This document shows, piece by piece, positions 35,293 through 47,562 of a stretch of DNA of 64,000 nucleotides. The DNA comes from Marsupella aquatica (lineage: Eukaryota > Plantae > Marchantiophyta). Under the pieces are notes generated by a model that saw only the letters and a program-made list of their open reading frames with translations, had not been told where the DNA came from and made no database searches. The first letter of the stretch is position 1; each line of letters begins with the position of its first letter. The stretch lies in contig OZ316894.1 in the NCBI GenBank assembly GCA_973895155.1, forward strand, positions 15,678,699 to 15,742,698, read 5' to 3'. The position numbers were made by a program, and so were the translations under genes.

Positions 35293-38200
35293 ATGACAAG
35301 TGCTATTCTGTCGTTTGCTTCATGGAATGTATGCGGGTTGTGTGACCCAAATAGGAAACAGATCGTAAAGAATTGGCTCATCTCACTGAAGATACCACTT
35401 ACAGCACTTGCCTTACAAGAAGTTAAGGCTAACCAGTTTAGATTAGACATAGCCTTAAGAGCTATTTTGCCCAATTACCAGAATTTCTCTTCTGCTCCGG
35501 ATGATGGACGTGGAGGAACGTCTTTACTGCTTCACCCATCGCTTACGGTTATCGAATCAGGGATCATTGACAAGGGGCGAGCAGTTTGGGTACGAGTGGA
35601 GCATCCTGAGGGTAATTTTGGCCTGGTAAGTATTTACGCACCTAATCTGGCCAGGGAGTGGGCGCTACTCTGGCATGACCTGAAGTCCTCGCTACCGCAA
35701 GACAATTGGATAATGTGCAGAGACTTCAATATGATAGAAAGAGATACTGATTCTTTGGGTCCTTCCCCTCTCATCCGCGGGAGGGAGGAGGAATTCTGGA
35801 GATTCTTGAAAATGCATTTCGACTTAGTGGACGCAATCAGCATTAGCCAGAAATTTATGGGTGCCAACTTTACATGGAGAAGGATCATCAATGGCAAGAT
35901 GGTACAATCACGTCTTGACAGATTCTACTTCAATGAGCGAGGATGGTGGACAGGAAGTGTAGATGAATTACTGCATGAGGGGAGCTCGACTCTCTCAGAC
36001 CACGACCCATGTATCATCAGATGCCGGCTTACAGCAACGGATACTCAAGAGACGCACCGGAAATCAACATACTTTAAAGCTAATGTGGGCTTACTCAAGG
36101 ATGCCGATAATTTGGACAGGCTCAGGAATGCCTAGAGCAAGATAGATGTCAGCTCGGCCGAGCCTCACATCAGGTTTCACCAAGCATGTAGGAGACTAAG
36201 GCAAGAGTATATGGGACTCCAAATGGAATCGTTGGGCAGAATGGCGGACGTCACGACTCTCCGTGAGCGACTTCGCTCTTTGAAACTTGAACTCCTGCAC
36301 AACTACTCTGATGATGATCTCAAAGATTTTGCAACCAGTGATGAACAGGTAAGGATTGCTGAGCATGAGGATGCCACGCAAAGTAGACGTCTCTCACGTA
36401 TCAAATGGCTGGGCCAGGGAGATGAGCCATCAAAATTCTACTTTGCCACGCTAAAAACCAAGAGAATGAGAGAGACCATGTCTGAGCTACTGCTAGATGA
36501 TGGCAGGATAATTACTCAAGAGAGTCTAAAGATGGCCGAGATTGAAAAGCAATTTGGGACCCTATATGAGGCGCATGACAACGTGACAAGTAGTCAATCC
36601 CGGGAGGTTCAGGCCGCACGGAGGAGGTTGTTCTCAAACACACGGAAGGCTCTCTCTACCACGGATCTCTCAAAGCTAGAGCAACCACCTACAATGGAGG
36701 AGGTGAAGGATACATTATGGTTGTTCCCGACTGATAAATCACCGGGGCCTGACGGATTAACAGCTGAAGTGTTCAAGAATTGCTGGGACTTCTTAAACGA
36801 GGATCTGTTGAGTATGATTCTGGCATTTTGGAGGACCGGCGAACTGGCGTGCAACGTGAAGCAGGGGATTATCAAGTTAATTCCCAAGAAGGCGGATAAA
36901 AGGAGACTGAAGGACTGGAGGCCTCTCACGATGCTCAACACAACCTACAAGATTATAGCCAAACTCCTAGCCAGCCGCTTAAAACCGCTGCTAAACCAAC
37001 TGATCAGCCCCCAACAATCCGGTTTTATTCCAGGAAGACACATTCTTGAGAACATTTCCACAGCGTGGCTTACAGCGGACTGGGTAAGAAACAAAAAGGA
37101 AAAATCCTTATTCCTCAAGCTCGACTTTGAGAAAGCCTTCGATCGGGTCAACCATACGTACATTTGGGAGTCCATGCACCTCTTGGGACTCGGGAGTCAC
37201 TTCATCACGCTCGTTAGGTCACTGGTTACGGGGGCAAGCTCTAAGATTCACATTAATGGCCTCTTTTCTAAGGACATTCGAATGCTGAGAGGCGTACGTC
37301 AAGGCTGCCCACTCTCTCCTCTATTGTTTGTGCTCTCGACCCAACCATTCATGGATTTCTTAGATGGAGAACTGGCACAAGGCACCCTGAGAGGAATTCA
37401 GATATCGGAGGTGCTGACGATATGCTACAAGTTCTTTGCTGATGACCTCGGCATGTTTATTCCTGCTTCTCCCGAGGATTTTCTTGGGGCCAGATTAGTT
37501 ATCGAGTGCTATGAGCTGGCATCGGGGGCCAAACTGAATTTGCATAAGTCGACTGTTATTCCCTTGGGACTCAATGAGATCCCGGAATGGTTGGTTGAGA
37601 CAGGTTGCACTATTAGCCTGAAAGGGGAAATTCAGAAGTACCTGGGTGCTCCGTTGGGTTGGGGTATACAGGCCTCTAAGCTCCACACCTTCTGTCTCCA
37701 TCAAATCGAATCCAGGCTCTCTACGTGGGCCACCCAGTTCTTATCATTCACTGGCAGGACCATACTGGTTAAGCATGTTCTTCAAGCTGTACCCATTTAC
37801 CATATGATGTTCCTACATTCTTTGAGTGCTCTGGCCAGGAAAATGGTGGCTCTATGCCGTGACTTCCTTTGGGGTTACAATGCTGCAGGGGGGAGAAAGG
37901 TGCCACTGGTGGCCTAGGGAACATTGGCCCGCCCCAAGGTGGATGGGGGGCTGGGCTTCAAGGAATTCAGAAGCCATTCAGACACACTCCTAGCACAATG
38001 GGATTTAGGGTTTAGGGTTTAGGGTTTGATCATCCGGACTCAGACTGGGCTAAACTCTACTACGAGAACCTGAAGATGGCAAAATGGCGCAACCACAAGA
38101 CCATTAGGAGAAATGGCTATTCCTTCTCTGATCGCCTCCTATTGTGTTACCCTCGCTCCTTCAGCGGCTTGAGCTACACTGGCAGTCTCTGGAAAGCTTG

Positions 38201-39230
38201 GGAAGCACTCCGTACTCACTTGTTATTTTTGCCTGCTGGTGCTGCTATGGCCGCTTGGTGGAGCATTGATGATATTGTCAGGTGTCTTGAAGGGTTCCAG
38301 GATCTTCCAAAAGACATGAAAGGTAGGCTGATCCGGACTTGCGGACGAATGGGTTTGAGAAAGGTCTCTGACCCCAGACGCTGGGGTGGCAACACTCCGG
38401 AATTTTCCCGACACAAGCTCAACAAGATCAGAGGTTTGGACCCGGAATTGGAGGCGCTGTGCATTTCCTTTGTGAGAAGAATCAGAAGGATCTCGGATGA
38501 CAAAGAGGCTGGTTCTTCAGCAACATGCTGGATCTGGGCGGACAAAAAGGAGAGAATGAGCAAATTTGCCCTACCTAATGCTAGAGCATACCAACTCCTG
38601 CGCACGAAAGGTTATGACTTTACTAGGCTCAACAGAATCTGGTCACTTCATCTCTCTGATCTGGAATGGAGTAAACTTTGGCACTCACTATGGGCGTCTG
38701 ATCTCCCCACAAAGTCTCGCACATTTCTCTGGAGAGTGATTGCACAAGGGCTCTTCACTAACATACGGGCTTTGCGGATGGGTAAGAGTGATGGTACTTG
38801 TGGTCTGTGCCGTAATGCTCCTGAGAGTATACCCCACATTTTCTTTACATGCAAGCTTGCTGCCAAAGGTTGGGATTTGGTTGCTAGGACTTTTCCAGAT
38901 TTGATCACTTGGCCAACAGTTGATCTGAGAGTTCTAATGGAGGCATTTCAGGGCCACAACCTAGCTCGTTCATTGATCGTTTTCATGGCGTATCAAGTAC
39001 TCTGGCACATTTGGCTTGCTCGGAATGACAGTGTATTCAATAATGGCAGAAGCAGATGTTTTGACCTGTTGAAGATATTTACGGAGGTCATTGATCAACT
39101 CCATGGACTGTGTGAGCATTTAGGCCCCTGCAATAGGCGCACACGGTTGCTGCGGATCAAGGAGGAAATTATTAAGGAACGCTTGAACTGGGCCCCCCGG
39201 GCGAAGGCTCGGTTCTCCTCTTCCTCCTGA
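35293..39230 (+). pseudogene. LINE ORF2 (APE endonuclease, RT, zf-RVT), degraded
   Basis: SWNVCGL, LQEVK, SRLDRFY, SDHDP; KSPGPDG, KLDFEKAFDRV, GVRQGCPLSPLLF, FADD; CGLC...HIFFTC. Confidence 0.93.
38004..38027 (+). repeat. Interstitial telomeric repeat (TTTAGGG)3TTT
   Basis: Perfect Arabidopsis-type telomere units inside LINE ORF2, at a frameshift. Confidence 0.85.
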
Positions 39231-40211
39231 CTTCCTACTTCAATCCTAACCCACTAGACTTAGACTTTTTGTGCCTCACTAGTGGGATGCATTAGATAGA
39301 ACCGGTATCTAGGGCTTAGCATGGTTGCTGATAACTTCTGGCCTTCTCACCCTGTGGCTCCTTGCCCGAGGTTTCTTTGGTATGCGCTCTCTAGGTTTTA
39401 GTTGGTCTTTTGTCACCCGTCTGCCTGGCGTGGGCTCCTATGCTGCCTGTTTGGCCCCCTTTCCCGTAGGGTTTTGCGGGTTTTATTTTATTTTAAAAAA
39501 TATAAAATAAAAAAAATATTAGCGCTCGACGCTATTAAAAAATAACTGTATAGTAATTAAATTCAACCCATAATAAATTAGTAATTAGAATAGCGCCCGA
39601 CGCTAACAAATCAATAACAGCAAAGTATCCTCAAATTCCCATGGACTTTCAACATTAATTTTGTATTTGGATGTGATTTAAGACGTTTTCTCCTCTAGCG
39701 TTTATTAGCGCTTGGCGCTATCATAAATGGAAACCAATTGAGTCTAATATTGATGCAAATGCCATAAAAAACTCATGCATACATTGGAATTTTTGGAGAG
39801 TTTGAGAGGATCCAGAACGTGAAATTTGACAATGCCAATGATAGCGCCGAGCGTTAATAAGGAACGTAACATGGGTCAGAGCTCCATAATAGAAACAACG
39901 AGCAATGTCAATACTATCAAACAAAATTTCAACTCATTCCCATGAGACTATAACTCCATGTGCCAAGAAACATTGTGAAGGCGATATGAAAATGTTCCGA
40001 ACTCCATTTTCGGGCACTGTGTTTACAATGAGAATTGGAGAAATATCCCAGTACATACTTTCAGATTAACAAAAAGACGGGGGAGGAACCTCTGGCCGTA
40101 GACAACTGATGGTCCTGGATGTCTACAAAGCACTGTAACAAAATGAGGTGGCTACTTAAACACTACTACAGACAACTGAGTCCAACAGGAAGACACTATC
40201 GCAGCGACGCT

Positions 40212-40637
40212 TCAATCCTCCCACCAGCTCGGCTTGTATGCATCCGAGTCATCGTTGGAGTCACTCGAACCAACGCCCCAGCAAAACCCACCCCGGCTGC
40301 CAGACAAGTCATCGGTCGACCTCGAGTGGTCGCTCGGCTCCTCTTCCTCACCCGAAGAACTTTTGGTCGGGTCAGGTGACAGATGGGAGGTCGAAACCTT
40401 TGCCGCCGATCCAAGCAGTTTGTGCGCTGAGGGTGGAACCTCCACTCTACACTGAACAGCAGTATCTGCTAACGTAGGATTCGGCTGGGTCTTGACGATT
40501 GCATTCCCCTTGGCCGTGATCGGGACTGCCGATGGTCGAGTTGAAGGCGTCGCAATGGCCTTCTCCGCAACGCCTTCGCCATCAATCTCGCTTGCAAAGG
40601 TCACCTTTCCCTTTCCCTTTGCTTGTGGTGGAGCCAT
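40212..40637 (-). CDS. Hypothetical MULE accessory ORF (141 aa, low complexity, acidic C-terminus)
   Basis: ATG-initiated ORF MAPPQAKGKGKVTF..., divergent from the transposase; no recognised domain. Confidence 0.4.
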   Translation of the reverse strand: MAPPQAKGKGKVTFASEIDGEGVAEKAIATPSTRPSAVPITAKGNAIVKTQPNPTLADTAVQCRVEVPPSAHKLLGSAAKVSTSHLSPDPTKSSSGEEEEPSDHSRSTDDLSGSRGGFCWGVGSSDSNDDSDAYKPSWWED

Positions 40638-40930
40638 CAGAACACTCGCGAGAGGCCTTGAGTGATCAAAAGCTCACCCTAAACTCCTCAACCGAAAGCG
40701 GAGCAATGAGCGGAAACATGAGCGAAGGGCTGAGTGCAAACAATCATGAACGAGAGAATGAGAAATGAAGGGTGGAAGTGATAGCCAACTGGTTTTGGAG
40801 GCAATGCTTAGTCGTTCCAAACCGCGTACGGACGTCTGAGATGCACTAGGAAAGACGACTCAGATGCATCGGCCCATATTTGATATCTCCTGAGCTTGAC
40901 ATATTTATTGCACACGTGCAAATTGGGACG

Positions 40931-41200
40931 ATGATTCTAGTGTAGTTGTGTTTGACATACACAAAAGTAGCGTCAGGCGCTATTATGTTTGACGCACATT
41001 CATGCTTCTAGTATTGATTTGTTCTCCGTCCACAAAAGTAGCGCCAGACGCTATTATGTTCGATCGTTGAAATGATGCTTCTAGTGTTGTTGTGTTATCC
41101 GTACACAAAAGTAGCGCCAGGCGCTATTATGTTCGACCCACATTCGTGCTTCTTGTACTGATGTGTTCTCCATCCACAAAAGTAGCGCCAAGCGCTATTA
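40931..41200. repeat. ~72-bp tandem array (4 units), each carrying the 15-bp palindrome
   Basis: CACAAAAG-TAGCGYYNRRCGCTA-TTA with palindromes at 40968, 41039, 41112 and 41183. Confidence 0.9.
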
Positions 41201-41392
41201 ATCTATGGACTGGCCTGTCAGTTTGTTAAATACAGCCGTTGAAAAACGACAAAACAAAATTGATTTACGTTGTCCAAATGCTTAACGTATCTTTCTTTGT
41301 CATTATCCAACGTTCATCTTTATTGACGTTATTAACCTCGTATATCAAACGAGCCTTAAACCGAGAGGCATCCATTATTGTCTTCCATTGAA

Positions 41393-44300
41393 ATGGGACG
41401 ATCCATCATAGTTACACGCAAGGACATGCTGGATGTCGTCACGATTGTCGTTCCCCCTGAATTTCAGTCCAGAAGAGTTTCTGATGAATACTTGGGGATC
41501 AGATTTGATGTTTCCAAAGAGTGTATTCTCTCTGTCTCCCTTCTCCCTAAGCATCCCAAAGGAAGTACCATCTTCTAAGATGTCGTTGATGGTCTTCGTT
41601 TTTGGATTATGCACCCAGATAAACAATACGAGGTCTTCATTTTGGAAGACTCCCCAGCATCGGCAAATCCATGTCCTGTGTCCGGTGGTGTCGATATTGT
41701 CAATATCTCGGACACTTTGGAGGATGAGGGAAAACAATTGCCCCTTTCATTTGATGTCCTGAAAAGGGTCCCAGTGGATCCCTTGGTTGTGAAGATGGAG
41801 GTCCGCAAAGTTCCAATTGTCTATCGACAAAGTGCGATGGATACTCTCCTCAAATCAAAGGGGCATAGCGAGTTATCTCGTTTCATTAGGGAGAAGGATT
41901 TCACGCATCAGATAGTTCCTAGTCTCCCGATGACGTACAACGGGAATGTAGTTTTTGAGTTGCCTCTAGTCGATTGCGTGAATTCAAAAGGGGAGCAACT
42001 GAAGGACATGGACCGGGGGAAGGATTGCTATTACTGGACGCGCATCGTGAAAATATCTTCAAATGTTTTACCAAAGAAGATGTGGGATTTTGGAAAGGTT
42101 CAATGTACCGGTTCTCTTGAATGTCGGAACAACTCTTGTCAATTCTGGAGAGACAAAAAGACTCGGAACAACCAGGTTTGGGCAAAAACACCAAAACTCT
42201 CAAGACCCTTTTGAGTTGGGGAACTGATTCCCGAAGGTGGTATTGTTTGTCACCACTGCTCTGAACCTCCGATGTGTACCAGGTCGTGTCCGGCAATGAT
42301 GTTCTACATGTATCCTTCAGCGAAAGTGGATTCCACACATTTGGCATATATGTCCCGGCTGGCTGTGCACATGGGATTCCACAACCATCCCAGTCGTCGG
42401 TTGTGGTCCAGAGAGGCTGAAAAGGTTGCTAAGACTCACCTTGCAAAGGAGTTCCAGGCGAATCCACAAGCTACACCTGTTGGGACAAAAAATGCGGCGA
42501 CAGACTCTTTAACCAATGCCCTGTGTGAGGATTCCATCAAAGAAATGTCATTGGAAGAGGAGAAGGAGATATGGAGTCCCTCATGGTTGTTGCTACCCCA
42601 CAAAAGTTTGCCTCTGTTCTGCAAAGTGTGAGACAGGACCAGAAAGGTAAAGGAGAGCTGGAATATTTGGTGCATATGCAAAAGTGTGTGAGACTTCCAT
42701 TTCTGCATAGGTATTTGCTTCCATGCCAAGGTTGTCGAGACAAAAGTGCTCACATCTTCAAGATGACTGTGAAAGGGGAAGGATCTGGGATCGACCTTCT
42801 CCCGAAAATGAAGCCTGGTGGTTCCTTGGAGGGGTCATGGGTGAGTTTTTACGTCATGCATAGAATTATATCAGACTGGCTAACCTTTAGTGTTCATGTA
42901 TATGATCATCACTATCGGGCACTTTGTACAATTTTCACTTGTGAGTTGAAAGCTGAAGACACCAAGTCCTTAGAGAGAGCTTGGCGACTGATGATAGAAG
43001 TTGCGAGTGAAAATAGTCTGGATAACATTCAAGTTCAAGGATTCATGGCGGACAATGCCCAGGCGGGTTGGAATGCGGTGAGAAATGTTTTCTTTGATGG
43101 GATACCCGATCCTGACCGAGAGTGATCGGACGCATTTCATTTTTATCAATCATTTCATAGGCATTCACGCGAAGGTGTTCCAAAAGGACAACTCGAAGAA
43201 CACAAGAAGATGTGGGACGGTCTTCGTAATGCAAAGACTTTTTTGGAGGCATATCGGATATCAAGAGAGATCAATGACTGGTGGCGAGCTGGAAATTGCC
43301 ATCAAGGGAAGCTTCAAATGTTGCAAGGGTGGCTCTCATGGTGGGTCGTCCGTTGGAGACAGTGGGGAAACTTCATAAGACTGGTAAGTCAATTCCTTGA
43401 TTCAGGATAGTATTTGAGCATGCCAATAATAGCACATGGCGCTACTATGCTGAAGGGTCATTCCAAGTCCGATGGCGTCGTCCGTTATAGTAGCGCCAAG
43501 CGCTAGTATGAACAACCCAACTTTTTGACTTCAAACACAACATTCATGCAAGAAATTTAATAGCACCAAGCACTTCTAACAATTAGAGTATATATAGCTT
43601 ACAAACACTGACTACTGTTTACTGTCTATGTGCTAAGTAGGTTTATTCGTTTCTAGTGACAGAGCAAGAGTGCTGAGGAGGCAGGTATGATTCCGAATTG
43701 TACAGGTTCGGAATCAGTGCATGAAGGCATGAAGGCGTGGCAAATGAAGAAACGGGTTGGCCTCATGGAGGGATGCAAAACCGACCAAAACCGAGCCGTA
43801 TGTCAGATCGCAGCTTATATTGCATACGGTCGAGGACTACATCGGGGAACCGGACCCACTATCTTTGAGCTGGCTTTCAGATCTGTGGACATGACCGGGT
43901 CTCCACGTCTATTTAAAGAAGCTACCAATCTCCTTCTTTCCAACGCAGCTGAATTTGATTTGGAAAGAACTGTTCCATTGAATGGAAACGTCATAACTCG
44001 ATCGGTGAAACGAAAAGGTAATGCGAGTGGAAATGTCTCGGCACAAGACTCTCACAGGCATGACACTATCCTTGTGACTTCACCAAATACCAGGGGTTTG
44101 AAGAGGAGAAACCTCCATTCCATAGACTTCGAGAAGATGTCTTCCACACCTTCTGCTGGTGGAAGTGGAGTGAATTTGTCTCAAACTAAGAGTGAAGATT
44201 CTGAAGAGGTTGTCGTCCTTGAAACACCGTCACGTCGAATAACAAGATCTACTATTCCTCCCATCATATATGAAGTTGAGGCCGCGGTTGACGAATGTCT

Positions 44301-45162
44301 TCTCCCGTTGGAAAGTGACGTAGCTCCAGGTCTTTGGCAGCTCCGACGCACTTCAAAACGCGGTGCTGGTCCAGCTTGCAATGGGACGCTCGGTTGGAGA
44401 GGGAGCCGCGATGAATGTTGAAATCGAGTAAAGAAGACTGGGTTTCCAAACCCAGAAGGAGTTGTCGCAATATCTGTAAGAGGATGTAGACTTTTTAGAG
44501 GAGAACCTCATCCTGACCAGATATGGTTTTGCCCAAACAACAAATGTCACAAAAGTCGTCCACGAAGAGGTGTTTCAAACATTCCTAATATACCACCACT
44601 TCTTCCCATTGCGAGAGGGACGAATCTCCAGGAGGGCGAGATCCAATTCTTGAGAGAACAAGGACTACTTGGGACAATAGAGGTCAGGGAAGGTCAAAAG
44701 CCATCCCCGTGTGAGTTGCGCATCAATGTGAATTTGTTCCAAGAGAGGATCAATTTAGCAGACCCAATTTTCAGATGTCCCTCGAGGAATGGCAGGAAGT
44801 GCTTGTAGAGAGTGAACCTAACTCAAACACATTACAAAAAGATCGAAGCATCGGAAACAGAGGTGATGAGACTCGTATGCGAGAGAGATGTCACCAATGG
44901 GAATGCCTGGGGAAAGCAATATTGTGTCAGGACACATGAACATGAGAGGACTGCTTCCTCTTATTGGGTGCAGATTTGTTGTTTCCCTTGCTGTTCATGT
45001 GAGGATTTCTATCGTTGGCACATTTATAGGAAACCTTATATGCCATGCAAACATCTGTATTGGGTACTCAGGACTGTGTTGAAGTTGAGTCTTCACGATT
45101 CGACGCTGTCTAGTCAACCCGTTGTGACATTGGGCGAAGTTCGTTACCTACTTAATTGCTAG
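41393..45162 (+). pseudogene. MULE transposase (WRKY/GCM-like Zn domain, DDE domain, C-terminal SWIM), with stops and one frameshift
   Basis: QCTGSLEC...CHHC...CPA...HMGFHNHP; WVSF(Y for D)VMHR, GFMADNAQAGWNAV, AFH, TGSESVH; SWIM CSCEDF...PCKHLYWV. Intron ~43384-43662. Confidence 0.82.
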
Positions 45163-45650
45163 AATGGAACGGACATGTAGACAGTTTGGTGACGTTGAAC
45201 AGCTCTAAGTGGAATTTGTCTTTTCTAACGGGCAAGAGAAGTACCCGTTTCTTATCCCCAAATATGGTGTTTTTGTCTCTAGCGCCCGACGCTAGCCAAA
45301 ATTTGTAACGTAAACCAGAGAGTTTGAGTGTTAAGTAAAGTGTGTCTTCTTCAAATTGCCTTTATATTTTCTATTATTTTATATTCAGTGGTGGGCCCCA
45401 TTATGTGAGCACTGCCATGTCTGGGCTTATATTGTTGTTGGTTTTTAAACATGGAGCCCTTTTAGTCTATTTTTAATGTATTGGAAAACTCGTAGAAGTA
45501 AATAGTTTCTCGTATGAGTAAACAGATTTACTGCTATGAGTAATTCCTTTACTTGTATGAGTAAATTTTTACTTGTACGAGCAAAAAATTTACTCATAAC
45601 AGCAAATCTATTTACTATTTGCTGTCACGGTGGTTATGTCCTTGTAGATG

Positions 45651-47562
45651 TATGCAGCTTGGTTGACAGCTTTAGCCTAAAAATTGTTGGGCAACTTTGA
45701 CTTACATAGCATGCTGTGTGCTTTCAGTAATGTCCGGTTCAACCGTTCTGCAACTCCATTTTGTTGCGGGGTCTTCGGTACAGTGTAATGATGCCCGAGG
45801 CCAAGGTCCTGACCAAATTGGTCAAACTCATTGGACTTATACTTGCCACCGTTATCTGACCAAACACACTTCAACTCCTTCCCAGTTTGTAGCTCCACCA
45901 TGGCTTTCCACTCCTTGAAGATCTCAAATACTTGAGACTTCTCCTTCATGTAGTACAGCCAACACATTCGAGAGTAATCATCAACAAGCGTCACAAAATA
46001 TTTGGCTCCACCCAACGACAGCTCTGGCGCTGGACCCCAAATATCCGAATGTACATACTCAAGAATCTCATGAGAATACCAGTATGAACTAGAGCTGAAA
46101 CTCAATCTCCTCTGCTTGCCATAGATGCAATCTTCATAGAAAGAGAGTTTACCAGATTGAGCGCCTTGTAACAAATCTTTGTTTGCCAAGGCTGCCAATC
46201 CTTTACCACTTAAGTGCCCCAACCGTGCATGCCACAAATCTATGGCTTGTGTGCAACCAGATGTTGAGGGTGCTTCAATTGAAGCAACCGAAGATGACTC
46301 TACGACAGATGTTGCCGCTACATCCAAACGTTCTACCACAGAATCCACATGCCCCACTCGAGGAGCAATGACGTCTCCTTGCAAGATGTACAAATTATTT
46401 TGCCGTAGCGCCTTAATCAAAGATACATCACCTTTGACGACAAAGAGTGCACCATCACGTGCAATGAAATGAGATCCACCAGCTTCAATTTAAGCACCCA
46501 AGGAGACCAAATTCTTAGAGATATCTGGTATGTGCCTGACTTCTGTCAGTGCTCGCACAACACCATCAAACATCCGGAATTTGATAGTCCCCATGCCAAC
46601 GATCGCACATTGGACACCATTTCCAATTTCCATAGTACCATAACAAGGTTGGTAATTGGAGAAATATGATTGCGTTGGACACACGTGATAAGAGGAACCC
46701 GAATCCAACATCCATTTATTGTCATACACAGAATTCATAGCACTTCAACAACATCCTCATCATCAACAATCACAATGCCAGCTGACGAGGAGGACGCACC
46801 ATTGGAAGCAAGATACTTTTGCTTTGACAGAGAAGGACAATTCCACTTGGTGTGGCCCTTCTCATGGCAATGCCAACACTAAACTTTCTTATTACGGGAC
46901 TTAGATTTAGATCTACTTTGAGATTTAGATCTAGATTGATCCATAGTACGCTCCGTCGATCTGCCTCTAACCATTAAGGCAGCAGATTCATCTTCACGAT
47001 CAAAAAGATGTCGCTTGCTCCATTATGCAAGAATGGTAGCCTTCACCGCATCCAACTTCAATGTAGGCTTGTCATGTGTGATGACCGTTACCAACGTTGA
47101 AAAACTCTTCGGAAGCAATATCAACAAATGGATCGCAAGGTACTTATTGGTCAACTTATCTCCCACCGTAGTCACCTTGTGCACAATCTCATCAAAGAGA
47201 CTCAGATGATCACCATCCTTCAACTTCAACCTGAACAGTCGCTCCAATTGGTAAATACGAGTAGTCAATGAAGTACTTTGGTATAGCTGAGTAAGTGTAT
47301 CCCAGATCTTCTTGGCATTTCGATCCATCCCCAACACGTTCTTGAGAATGTTGTTGGCCAAGAACAATTTGATTGTACTACACGCTTGCACCGACACATC
47401 TTCCCACTCCTCATCTGTCGAGGGCTTCACTCCAGTGGTGGTCTTCTCAAGACCCTGTTGGATCAACACGTTGGTCACCTTCCAAGTCCAGAGGCTAAAG
47501 CTGACCTTCCCATCAAATTTCTCCACCTCAAACTTTGGCGCTACAAGCTTTTGTAAAGCCAT
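45651..47562 (-). pseudogene. Copia gag, protease and integrase 5' part, degraded
   Basis: KFEVEKFDGKVSFSLW; WMLDSGSSYHVC; LWHARLGH, VHSDIWGP, DDYSR, SDNGG, TPQQNGVAER. Confidence 0.92.

Larger units (their letters stand above)
33296..39514 (+). mobile_element. LINE-1 retrotransposon, apparently near full length
   Basis: 11-bp TSD AATATTAGCGC (33285-33295, 39515-39525), A-rich 3' tail, ORF1 and ORF2. Confidence 0.92.
9354..45641. mobile_element. Mutator-like DNA transposon (MULE), ~11 kb net, with accessory genes and three nested insertions
   Basis: 9-bp TSD TTGTAGA(C/T)G at 9345-9353 and 45642-45650; removing the element restores Copia integrase AAY(I/V)YNLSPHS. Imperfect subterminal inverted repeat GTGACAGCAAAYAGYAAATAGA. 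MULE transposase with SWIM finger. Confidence 0.88.

Noticed and set aside
40931-41200. CRISPR-like appearance (palindromic repeat with spacers)
   Set aside because: The spacers are homologous to each other, the context is eukaryotic and there are no cas genes; it is a tandem repeat.
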